From Fictibacillus gelatini DSM 15865 (GTDB lineage Bacteria; Bacillota; Bacilli; Bacillales; Fictibacillaceae): DNA of 18,529 bases. A program made the translations under genes and the position numbers. The notes beneath the pieces were generated by a model. It was given only the letters and a program-made list of their open reading frames with translations. It was not told the origin of the DNA and ran no database searches. Shown here one piece after another: positions 5,927-13,231 of this stretch; the stretch's first letter is position 1, and the number at the start of each line of letters is the position of its first letter. The DNA lies in the NCBI RefSeq assembly GCF_000430745.1, contig NZ_AUMP01000047.1, positions 1-18,529 of the forward strand. The letters are read 5' to 3'.

Positions 5927-6612
5927 TGGCTGGCTTTGTTTCGCATCGTTATCGAAAAAGTTTAGATGACAGCCGAGAACATGTGAAATATATCGCTTTT
6001 CGTTCGAGGGAATTGGCGACCGATCGAGGCGGAGCCTTTGACGCTCAAAGGGATAATGCCGATGTCAAAGCCTTTTTAGATAACTTAGACGATAAGAAAA
6101 CGAGGCATTCCAGTGTCGCTGTTTCGCATTCCCTTTTGTTTTCAATGTCAGGTTGGGAGTGGGAAAAAAGCCATTTTGAGCGCGGCGACTATCAGGAAAT
6201 GATTCGAAATATCATGAAAAATTATGAACTGGACACAGGAAGGAAACTAGAATGGATTGCCGCCGAGCATTGGCATGAAACCCATCCTCATGTGCATGTC
6301 GTTGTCAAAGCCGTTTATCAAGACCGGGACGGCGTACAAAAGCGCCTCAATTTTAGCGAAGAAGACCGGGCGAAATTCAAAGAGCTATTTCAAGAAGAAA
6401 AGAACCGGCTTCGAGGATTTGACCTCGATAAAGAGTTAGAGAGGGAACGAGAGGAGCGCCGTTTGGAATGGGAACGGCAACAGAAGGAAAAAACCAGAAA
6501 CGACTATATCGATGTTTTGTTAAGTGAACTGAAACGGAATATGGAACAAGAACTGCAGCGAGAAGAATACAGACGGCAAATGGCCAAAAATCAGATAGAC
6601 CGTTCACGATAG
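5926..6612 (+). CDS. Compact MOBQ-like relaxase (MobA/VirD2-type nuclease domain), 228 aa
   Basis: The candidate catalytic Tyr lies in REHVKYIAFRSRE (compare RSF1010 MobA AKADYIQREGKY). The histidine triad lies in LEWIAAEHWHETHPHVHVVVK (compare LAIHAGGGENPHCHLMIS). It sits between an RHH accessory gene and a T4CP gene. Confidence 0.7.
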   Translation: MAGFVSHRYRKSLDDSREHVKYIAFRSRELATDRGGAFDAQRDNADVKAFLDNLDDKKTRHSSVAVSHSLLFSMSGWEWEKSHFERGDYQEMIRNIMKNYELDTGRKLEWIAAEHWHETHPHVHVVVKAVYQDRDGVQKRLNFSEEDRAKFKELFQEEKNRLRGFDLDKELEREREERRLEWERQQKEKTRNDYIDVLLSELKRNMEQELQREEYRRQMAKNQIDRSR

Positions 6613-6624
6613 GAGGAGGATAAC

Positions 6625-8463
6625 ATGAAAAGGAAACCAATAATTCTCGCATTGTCCGTGGCATTATTGATGACCCTATTTCTAGATTATGTGTTTGCAT
6701 TATTAGTTACTGGGGTTCCGTTGTCGCTTAAGGTTCTAAACAATCCGGCTGCAGCCAGTCGAATCAGTTTTCTTCACGATTATCTTTTAAACCCTATACG
6801 CCTCATAAGGGAAAGTTTTCAAACTCCGATCTTTGTAAAAGCACAGTTAGTGTTTTTAGCTTTATTCCTATTTTTATTTGGTAAAAAATTATGGCAAGGC
6901 CGGAAACACAAAGCCGAAGACGCTTCCGACTATGCGGCTTACGGATCGGCACGCTACGCAACAGATGAAGAAATCGAAAATCATATGGATTTCTCTATCG
7001 GATTTGAAAATGAAGGAACGATTGTCGGTTTGCATAAAGGAAAACCTGTCGTCCATCATATGAAAAGCTTTAAAAACCGAAACGTGGCTCTATTTGGGAA
7101 ATCAGGGAGCCAAAAAACGAAGTCTTATATTATCCCGAACATTTTAAACACGACCAGAGATTCACTTGTCGTGACTGACCCTAAAGGGGAGTTATACCGC
7201 GATACGGCCGATATTAAACGAAAGCAAGGATATAGGGTTCTTGTATTAAATTTTAAAAATCCATATCAAGGCATGCGGATTAATCCATTAGACTATGTGA
7301 ATCATGATACAGATGCTTTAAGAATCGGGCAGGCGTTATTAAATAACTCTACAGCGACGGGGGGAGAAAATAAGTTTTGGGAAATGAATGAAGCCATTTT
7401 GATCGCCTCCGTTATTCTTTATGTGAAATATTTTCTACCACCAGAACAACAAAATTTAACGAGTGTATTCAACATTTTAAATTGCACGATTGAAGAAATA
7501 GGGAAACTCTTTGAGCCGATTGACGAACGGCATATTGTCAAAAAGAAGTTCCGTCAGTTTATGAGTTTTGATGAAAAAACACGCTCTATTTTGTGGGGTT
7601 CAAGTAAATCGGCCATTGACCTATGGTCATATGAAGAAATTAGCAAACTCACTTGTACCAGTGATTTCCGCATTGAAGATATTGGAAAAGAAAAAACCAT
7701 TTTATATATTTTGGTACCTTCGGCTGACCGAACTAAACGACCGTTATCTTCCACGCTCTTTTACTTGTTATTCGCGCAATTGAAGGCGGAAGCTGAAAAA
7801 TTCGAAAGCATTCGTTTACCTGTTTCCGTCCGTTTTCTTATCGATGAATTTGCGAATATCGGTAGAATTTCTTCATTTGATGAAGAGCTTTCAGTTTGCC
7901 GAAGCTACGGAATATTTGTAACGATCGCGATTCAATCCTTAAGTCAATTGGAAAAAGACTGGGGTGCGAATGGCCGAAAAGAAATCATTGATAACTGCGA
8001 TATTCGCCTTTTCCTTGGGTCTAACGATTACGACAGTACTAAATATTTCTCCGATCTTCTGGGAACCACAACCATGCGAATTAAAAATGAATCGGAAACG
8101 GAATCGGGTAATGGAACATCAATGGGTGAGTCGTATTCGTATATTCAGCGGAACCTAGAAACGCCGGATGAATTAAACCGAAAAGCCGATGATACACTCA
8201 TTGTCTTTGTTCCTGGCTCCCATCCATTAAAACTTAAAAAGGCGTACTATACCCATATCCCTGAAATTAAAGCCTTAATGGAAAGCGCGTCATTGTCTAA
8301 TATTTTTGAGTTTCAACGAGAAGATGATGACTACAGCGAGTTTATCCCACAAGAGGCTTTAGCCCTTCTTGAAAAAGAGGAATCACAGCAACAGGAAGAG
8401 CCACAAGAAGAGAATAAGGAGAAAAGACAAGAAAACGAAGAAGCGCTGCCGTACTGGGATTAA
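6625..8463 (+). CDS. Type IV coupling protein (VirD4/TraG family)
   Basis: It has N-terminal TM segments. The P-loop region ALFGKSGSQKTKSYIIPNIL aligns to the VirD4/TraG pattern ..PTxSGKGvg.vIPNLL. Walker B is VRFLIDEFANIG. The protein is 612 aa and has a strong RBS (GGAGGAGG). Confidence 0.85.
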   Translation: MKRKPIILALSVALLMTLFLDYVFALLVTGVPLSLKVLNNPAAASRISFLHDYLLNPIRLIRESFQTPIFVKAQLVFLALFLFLFGKKLWQGRKHKAEDASDYAAYGSARYATDEEIENHMDFSIGFENEGTIVGLHKGKPVVHHMKSFKNRNVALFGKSGSQKTKSYIIPNILNTTRDSLVVTDPKGELYRDTADIKRKQGYRVLVLNFKNPYQGMRINPLDYVNHDTDALRIGQALLNNSTATGGENKFWEMNEAILIASVILYVKYFLPPEQQNLTSVFNILNCTIEEIGKLFEPIDERHIVKKKFRQFMSFDEKTRSILWGSSKSAIDLWSYEEISKLTCTSDFRIEDIGKEKTILYILVPSADRTKRPLSSTLFYLLFAQLKAEAEKFESIRLPVSVRFLIDEFANIGRISSFDEELSVCRSYGIFVTIAIQSLSQLEKDWGANGRKEIIDNCDIRLFLGSNDYDSTKYFSDLLGTTTMRIKNESETESGNGTSMGESYSYIQRNLETPDELNRKADDTLIVFVPGSHPLKLKKAYYTHIPEIKALMESASLSNIFEFQREDDDYSEFIPQEALALLEKEESQQQEEPQEENKEKRQENEEALPYWD

Positions 8464-8497
8464 TTTATATAAAAAAATTCTATATAAAGGAGTGTTT

Positions 8498-9787
8498 ATG
8501 ATGAAACCTCAAATGTTCGGTGATGGCACGCTAACAGTTAACGGAAACCAAGTGATCTATGATATTCCAAGGCAAAAAGTACGGATAGAAAGCCTTGACG
8601 AATTACGGGTTTTAAGGCAGGAACATTCCATGTTTCTGCCTGTCACCGATCTCCGGCAGGACGACCATTATTTAAAGATTGTTTATGAGGTGCCGGAAGG
8701 CTACCACCCTTTTAATCTCTTAAAGAGAAAAGGGGATTTCCTGTTAAAATTAATGATTTCGGAGGATATCCTCGAAATCCGCCATTTAGAGGATGAATTG
8801 ACGACCATTATTCATCCGAATAATATTTTTTATTCAGGTGTCGGTAAGGTTAAATTCATGTATAAAGCAATTAAAGACGTTATGCCGGCCAACGGCTTTA
8901 AAGCTATCCCTTTAATGTTCCAGTTGCAAGCTCTCATCCTTTCCCTCTTTACCAAAAAAGACTATAACGAAATTAAAAATCAAGGCTTTGAGCCGTTTGC
9001 ATCCGTAAAAGATGAAATCGTGCAATCGATCATTAAGGCTCAATCGATAGAGGGGCTTCAGCAGGCCATCGCCCATTTTCGCGAACAGGAGCAACAACGG
9101 GTTTTAGCGAAACAAGAAAAGAAAGGGAAAGGCATTAAAATGCCGGGTGCTGCTGCTCTTTTCGCTATCATGATCGGCGCAGCTACCGGAGGAATTGGAA
9201 CTCACCTTGTCGAGGTGCAGCCTATAAAGTCAGGGCTCCAAGCCGATCTAAAAGAAAGTAAAAAGAAACAGCAGCAGCAAGAAATGTTACTCGAGGGTTA
9301 TCGGTTGGCCGCTGCTCATAAGCCGCAAGAGGCCATTAAAAAATTCGAATCCGTTCATGGTTTAACTAAGGATGATAAGGAAATCCTTTCCCATCAGTAT
9401 TTTTTGTTAGACAATCCGGAGGCCTGGGAGACGGCCGCTAAACTCAATCCGGCATTAAAAGATGATGTCGCTAAAAAACAGCTTGAAAAGAAAATCTCCG
9501 ATATCGAGCAAGCCTTTAAGCAAAAGGATTATAATAAGGCTATAGATTTGGCCAAAGGAGTAAACGATCAAAGAGCGAAAAAATTAGTAGGGGAAAGCTA
9601 CTTAGAAAAAGGAGACATCGAAACTGCATGGAAAGTCGCTACGGATATTAAAGATGTTCCTCTCCAAATTAAAGTTCAGGAAGCCTATTTGAAAAAAGTG
9701 GATTCAGACAAGAAATTATCTAAGGATAAGAAGAAAAAGAAAATGGATGCTATCAAGAAACGAATAAAGAATTTGAAAAAGAGGTGA
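8498..9787 (+). CDS. EssB/YukC-like (type VII secretion) bitopic membrane pseudokinase-fold protein with a TPR-like, Lys-rich C-terminus
   Basis: By-eye alignment to EssB/YukC N-domains: YDIPRQKVRIESLDELRVL versus F.FQR.K.KLE..LELDML; DHYLKIVYEVPEGYHPFNLLK versus DDALVVHIRPPSSFLPFAAIR; TIIHPNNIFYS versus LIVCPENIVFD; VKFMYKAIKDVMPA versus PYFLHYGVKESLPP. A single TM segment (PGAAALFAIMIGAATGGIGTHLV) is followed by a helical repeat region. I chose ATG 8498 (AAGGAG 5 nt upstream). The track start at 8369 overlaps the T4CP gene. Confidence 0.6.
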   Translation: MMKPQMFGDGTLTVNGNQVIYDIPRQKVRIESLDELRVLRQEHSMFLPVTDLRQDDHYLKIVYEVPEGYHPFNLLKRKGDFLLKLMISEDILEIRHLEDELTTIIHPNNIFYSGVGKVKFMYKAIKDVMPANGFKAIPLMFQLQALILSLFTKKDYNEIKNQGFEPFASVKDEIVQSIIKAQSIEGLQQAIAHFREQEQQRVLAKQEKKGKGIKMPGAAALFAIMIGAATGGIGTHLVEVQPIKSGLQADLKESKKKQQQQEMLLEGYRLAAAHKPQEAIKKFESVHGLTKDDKEILSHQYFLLDNPEAWETAAKLNPALKDDVAKKQLEKKISDIEQAFKQKDYNKAIDLAKGVNDQRAKKLVGESYLEKGDIETAWKVATDIKDVPLQIKVQEAYLKKVDSDKKLSKDKKKKKMDAIKKRIKNLKKR

Positions 9788-9795
9788 GAGGACAT

Positions 9796-10068
9796 ATGAA
9801 AGTTTCTTTTAAAGATAATGTCCAACGTGATTTTCCATATAAAAAAGGTGATTATGTTACGGTTGTTGTCCGATGGTTATATGAAAATGAAAAAGGGGCA
9901 GACCTTTATTATCATGGTACAATAACTGATATTGATAATAATGGATTTTGGTGCGTGCTTGACGATAACAAAACGCAAGAAGAGTATTTTAGCTTTAGTG
10001 AGATTGAAAACGTGATTGACGGTGATCGTATTCCTGGTTCAAGTAAAAGGCGAGATATTGACAATTAA
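9796..10068 (+). CDS. Small hypothetical protein, SH3/Tudor-like beta-rich pattern, 90 aa
   Basis: The sequence KGDYVTVVV...YHGTITDIDNNGFWCVLDDNKTQEEYFSFSEI gives the pattern. ATG 9796 follows GAGGTGAGAGG. It abuts the stop of the EssB-like gene (9787). A GTG at 9784 is an alternative start. Confidence 0.65.
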   Translation: MKVSFKDNVQRDFPYKKGDYVTVVVRWLYENEKGADLYYHGTITDIDNNGFWCVLDDNKTQEEYFSFSEIENVIDGDRIPGSSKRRDIDN

Positions 10069-10128
10069 TTCGAAATCAAATACCATAAAAGGGAACACTT
10101 GTTCTAGAAATTGATCCCCTTTTTGTAT

Positions 10129-10160
10129 GCCACCTTTCCCCTTTTAGGTGGCTCTTTTTT
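10129..10160 (+). terminator. Rho-independent terminator ending the mob operon
   Basis: gccacct (10129-10135) pairs with aggtggc (10146-10152), followed by tctttttt. Confidence 0.65.
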
Positions 10161-10176
10161 AATGGAGGTGATGACC

Positions 10177-10401
10177 ATGATTTTTGAAAGCGATCCACTT
10201 CCCGATATTGAACGCAAAATTCAGCGAATCCTAGTCAATTGTTCCTTTTATCAAAAAACCCCTTCTATTGCGGAGCTATGCCTATGGACTGGCCGTGAAC
10301 CTGGGGGGATTTTTGAAGTTCTTAAATCATTGGCTAACAAAGAATACATCAAATGGTCACCCGAAAAGCCGGAGGAAATCACCCTTATTGTTCAGTTTTA
10401 A
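10177..10401 (+). CDS. Small winged-helix (LexA-N/MarR-like) DNA-binding protein, 74 aa
   Basis: TPSIAELCLWTGREPGGIFEVLKSLANKEYIKW resembles the LexA-type wHTH pattern (PSirEia...g..s...v..hL.aLe.kGyI). GGAGGTG lies 6 nt before ATG 10177. The track start at 10111 lies inside the upstream terminator. Confidence 0.6.
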   Translation: MIFESDPLPDIERKIQRILVNCSFYQKTPSIAELCLWTGREPGGIFEVLKSLANKEYIKWSPEKPEEITLIVQF

Positions 10402-10502
10402 GTCTTAATCCACTAATAAAGGTATTTAATTCTTTTTGGAGAAATATAAATAAACTTCTAGTTCTTGGGGCTTTCAAAACTGAAATACGGGGGAAAAAAA
10501 TT

Positions 10503-10637
10503 ATGAAAAATGACAAACATGACAATCAAGATCAACAGGATACTTTTGATCGAGCATTTTTAGGGAAACCAGGATTTATGTTATTAATATTAGTTCTTAT
10601 CGTAGTCGGTTCTCTATTATACAATTATTTCAAATAG
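10503..10637 (+). CDS. Small single-pass membrane protein, 44 aa
   Basis: MKNDKHDNQDQQDTFDRAFLGKPGFMLLILVLIVVGSLLYNYFK. A GGGGGA RBS lies upstream and a terminator follows directly. The N-terminal part of track ORF 10353.. overlaps the previous gene. Confidence 0.5.
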   Translation: MKNDKHDNQDQQDTFDRAFLGKPGFMLLILVLIVVGSLLYNYFK

Positions 10638-10652
10638 TATCAGAAAGCAAAG

Positions 10653-10681
10653 AAGAGGCCTTTTTTGGCCTCCTTTTTTTT
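10653..10681 (+). terminator. Rho-independent terminator
   Basis: gaggcc (10655-10660) pairs with ggcctc (10667-10672), followed by a T-run ending at 10681. Confidence 0.65.
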
Positions 10682-10806
10682 GATAGATTAGTTCCATTAT
10701 AATTTCCATGTCGAAAAGTTTTGGAAAAATATTGTTGAAATTTCAAAAAATTTGTTCTAATCTTAAGTTGTAACAAAAATCCAAATGAAGGAAAAGAGGG
10801 GTTTTT

Positions 10807-11556
10807 ATGAAAAAAGCATTGACATCTTTGACTTCACTTTCATTATTTTGTTTATTGGCCGCTGCTCCCGCGAATGCAGCCTCGAATGACCATGAAATTA
10901 AAAGTAACAAAGAAACTCCAAGAGTAATTTATCAGGCAAAAGAGGAAAAGGACATAAACAAGCTATACAAAAAAGCAGTTAATGGTGTTTCCGATATTTC
11001 CGTTTTAGATCCGTTACATAATAGGGCTAAATGGAAACTTACTCCTGAGAATAAATCTGCAAAAGCAAAAAATACTGATATAGATCAATACGAAACGGCT
11101 CAAATTTTAAAAGTAGAAAAGGTAGGAGACACAGAAGTCCGAAATATTGCAGTTACAAGCTTTGCTGATGTTGGAATAGAATCTATTTCTGGTAGCCAAA
11201 ATGGATCAAAATGGGATCCATCTTATAGTGTTAAAGCTTATAGTACGATGTATTATACGCAAACGGTAAAGAGTGATGGGCTTACTTACGCTAAAGTAAC
11301 TAGAGGAAAAGGTGGATGGACGAATTCCGATCCCCAAGTTTATATTTCCAGCAAAAAGGTTATTTTAGGAACCACTGGCTGGCCAGCAGGAACCCAAACG
11401 TCAACACACTATCCTAGTGGCTCAACCTTTGATTATTCAGTATCTTTTGATTATGTAGCTTTATCTGCTGGACATGCTATTGGTGTAACCTCAAGCTGTA
11501 CTTTAAAGGATACAAGTGATACTTGGTCTTTGAAACTCAACAATAATTTACCTTAA
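10807..11556 (+). CDS. Secreted hypothetical protein (Sec signal peptide), 249 aa
   Basis: MKKALTSLTSLSLFCLLAAAPANA/ASNDHE has a typical signal peptide with an AxA cleavage site. The C-terminal half is beta-rich. I recognise no family. Confidence 0.8.
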   Translation: MKKALTSLTSLSLFCLLAAAPANAASNDHEIKSNKETPRVIYQAKEEKDINKLYKKAVNGVSDISVLDPLHNRAKWKLTPENKSAKAKNTDIDQYETAQILKVEKVGDTEVRNIAVTSFADVGIESISGSQNGSKWDPSYSVKAYSTMYYTQTVKSDGLTYAKVTRGKGGWTNSDPQVYISSKKVILGTTGWPAGTQTSTHYPSGSTFDYSVSFDYVALSAGHAIGVTSSCTLKDTSDTWSLKLNNNLP

Positions 11557-11606
11557 AATCTAGTATTTCTTCAAACACGTTTTATGCATTTTTTTATACA
11601 AAACTA

Positions 11607-11643
11607 AAGGGTTTGGCCATTTTTTAAAAACGGCCAAACCCTT
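11607..11643. terminator. Long hairpin between convergent genes (probable bidirectional terminator)
   Basis: A perfect 12-bp stem, aagggtttggcc (11607-11618) with ggccaaaccctt (11632-11643). The loop is A/T-rich and could extend the stem. Confidence 0.5.
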
Positions 11644-11845
11644 GATTTATCAATGATGTATAGAATCTTGCATAAACGGGTAAAACAATCAATTGTTAAA
11701 ACCCTTGATAGAGCTGGATTTTTAAAATTTCATTACTTCCCAAAATTAGCATTATGTCAACTGAGAATGTATATCATATACACTTTTTAGGTTTGTTACG
11801 ATTCACTTTCGTTGGTGTTATTGAATATCAATTAATTCTAAATGA

Positions 11846-12436
11846 TCAAGTGGTAGAACCAACTTGAGAAGGTGTTTTCGTTTTCTTTGATATATATTCA
11901 CCACGCCAGATTTCTTCGAATGCTTTTTCATCTAACTCGAAATATTCATCAGCAACTTTTTTTAAATCTGTACTCTGACCTTTTGTTATGACTACCTCTA
12001 CTATCTTGCCTATTTTTTTCACTTCTTCAATAGGAGTCATATAGTCTGTGTCTCCGCTAATAATTATGGCTGTATCGTAGCTATTCATGTAAGCGCCAAT
12101 TAATAAATCTGTTGTTAAATTAACATCGGTTCCTTTTTCCGTTGCTACGTATGTTTTTGGATTGCTAGGGTCAAACACCACCTGAGGAATTTTATTTTTT
12201 AAAAGGGTTCCCATTTTTACTGTTGTCCGTGGTACAGTTTTTAGATATCCTATAATCCCATTTTGTACCGGTTCGTTTACTGTATAAAAGTATGTACGCA
12301 ATAAATGGCGATTAGGACGTTTATTAACAATAAAGTTACACAACTTTTCAAAGTCATATTTTGGTGGCTGATTTAAGTAATGCTTGCAAGCGTGATAAAA
12401 ATTATTAGCATCAATAAAAATCATTACTCTTTCCAT
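11846..12436 (-). CDS. NYN-domain (LabA/PIN-like) putative ribonuclease, 196 aa
   Basis: VMIFIDANNFYHACK...EKGTDVNLTTDLLIGAYMNSYDTAIIISGDTDYMTPIEEVKKIGKIVEVV matches the NYN pattern (IDg.N......kGvDv.la.D........D...l.SGD.Df.p.......G..V.v). The RBS is GGAGG. Confidence 0.85.
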   Translation of the reverse strand: MERVMIFIDANNFYHACKHYLNQPPKYDFEKLCNFIVNKRPNRHLLRTYFYTVNEPVQNGIIGYLKTVPRTTVKMGTLLKNKIPQVVFDPSNPKTYVATEKGTDVNLTTDLLIGAYMNSYDTAIIISGDTDYMTPIEEVKKIGKIVEVVITKGQSTDLKKVADEYFELDEKAFEEIWRGEYISKKTKTPSQVGSTT

Positions 12437-12461
12437 ATTTTTCCTCCGGTGAATATAATAA

Positions 12462-12489
12462 AAGGAGGTCAGGCGTACCTAACCTCCTT
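12462..12489 (-). promoter_or_regulatory. Leader hairpin (terminator/attenuator-like) between the NYN promoter and its RBS
   Basis: On the minus-strand RNA, AAGGAGGU and ACCUCCUU form an 8-bp stem with a 12-nt loop, followed by UUUUAUUAUAUU and then the real SD GGAGG (12447..12443). The stem arms are themselves an SD-like and an anti-SD sequence. Confidence 0.45.
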
Positions 12490-12537
12490 GGTTCACTATT
12501 GATTGGTTACAAAGCCTTAGCTAATAATAACCCTTAA

Positions 12538-12566
12538 ATTATACTCGCAAACCCGTAGGTTATTAA
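12538..12566 (-). promoter_or_regulatory. Candidate promoter of the NYN gene
   Basis: On the minus strand: TTAATA (12566..12561), a 17-nt spacer, then TATAAT (12543..12538). This gives a leader of about 95 nt. Confidence 0.45.
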
Positions 12567-12698
12567 GCAAAATCAGTATTGTTGTATTTATTATAAACAT
12601 ATTTTGTAATAGAATGCAACCTTTTCTTAAATTTTCGGAATTTTTCACCTGTATCAGAAATGGTACAAGATTTTTTGAATTTATTGTATAATGGACAT

Positions 12699-12850
12699 AA
12701 GAATTCGGCAAAATGAATAACATGAAAATGACCGCAGGGGGGACAACCCTACGGTCATGCAATAGACGGTTTCCCTCGGTGGGAATCGGCTTGTGCTGAT
12801 AGACTGCCTTAAAGAGTTTTCGTAGGTCTCAAGGGCAGTCTATTTCTTTT
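12699..12850 (+). ncRNA. Candidate antisense antitoxin sRNA of a type I toxin-antitoxin locus
   Basis: A plus-strand TATAAT at 12687-12692 is preceded by TG. The transcript would contain hairpins at 12728-12758 (atgaccg..cggtcat) and 12771-12785 (ttccc/gggaa), plus a terminator (atagactgcc 12799-12808 with ggcagtctat 12834-12843, then TTCTTTT). It would be complementary to the stop codon and 3' UTR of the minus-strand toxin mRNA. The boundaries are inferred. Confidence 0.35.
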
Positions 12851-12923
12851 GGTGAAACGACAGTATAGCGACAACTAAAGTGGCAAAACTAATCATGATG
12901 GAAATTGCCTCTGCTACCGTCAT
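12840..12923 (-). CDS. 27-aa hydrophobic peptide, holin-like type I toxin (below the ORF-track size cut-off)
   Basis: AAAGGAGGTGAAGCCT-ATG starts the ORF. Translation: MTVAEAISIMISFATLVVAILSFHQKK, then a TAG stop at 12842..12840. A single TM helix with a C-terminal KK resembles the Bacillus 'putative holin-like toxin' peptides (M...EAl.lMi.Fg..vv.il). The SD can be sequestered by an upstream anti-SD. Confidence 0.6.
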   Translation of the reverse strand: MTVAEAISIMISFATLVVAILSFHQKK

Positions 12924-13231
12924 AGGCTTCACCTCCTTTCGGATCAAAAAGGAGAGTGGAGCCGACCCCTGCCCTTGAGAAAAGCCGAATCTATTGCTTT
13001 TTTATTTTATCATTTTTAATGGAAAATTTATGTTGAAATTCCGCGATTCTATTAAATTTAACGTGCAGAGAAACGCTCTATTTTAAGATGAAACTCGATT
13101 GAATGGACAACCCATCATGTCATCTTAAAATACGGACGTTTAATTTTGGCCAATCTTCGGGAATAAATGAAAAAACGAATGATTATGCCAGGGAGAAATC
13201 AGTTTGTATTCTTTTTCCTAACTAAGATGCG

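Noticed and set aside
1438-8158. Short ORFs nested in or antisense to long genes (1438..1641, 1772..1990, 2141..2332, 4394..4609, 4462..4689, 4677..4931, 6257..6439, 6377..6700, 6878..7063, 7554..7754, 7568..7783, 7964..8158)
   Set aside because: All lie within better-supported longer CDSs and lack RBSs. Their low-complexity translations are typical of off-frame reading.
8369-8497. N-terminal extension of the EssB-like ORF (track start 8369)
   Set aside because: It overlaps the 3' end of the T4CP gene in another frame and encodes only a K/R-rich junk-like peptide. A good AAGGAG RBS precedes the ATG at 8498.
9796-10068. Possibility that the 90-aa protein after the EssB-like gene is a T7SS WXG100 substrate or an EsaB/YukD ubiquitin-like protein
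   Set aside because: There is no central W-x-G motif and no helical-hairpin pattern. The KVSF start and the C-terminal DGDRI faintly recall EsaB/YukD (KVTF...DGDIL). However, the body (GDYVTVVV...YHGTITDID.NGFWCV.DD) fits an SH3/Tudor-like pattern better, so the evidence is insufficient.
11821-11838. TTGAATATCAATTAATTC near the NYN stop codon as a fifth copy of the operator motif
   Set aside because: Only the left half-site (TTGAATAT) matches. There is no dyad symmetry, and an AT-rich 8-mer like this is expected by chance.
12517-12762. 81-aa minus-strand ORF in the track
   Set aside because: It is AT-rich, low-complexity and has no RBS. It spans the predicted NYN promoter and the toxin/antitoxin RNA region, so it is likely spurious.
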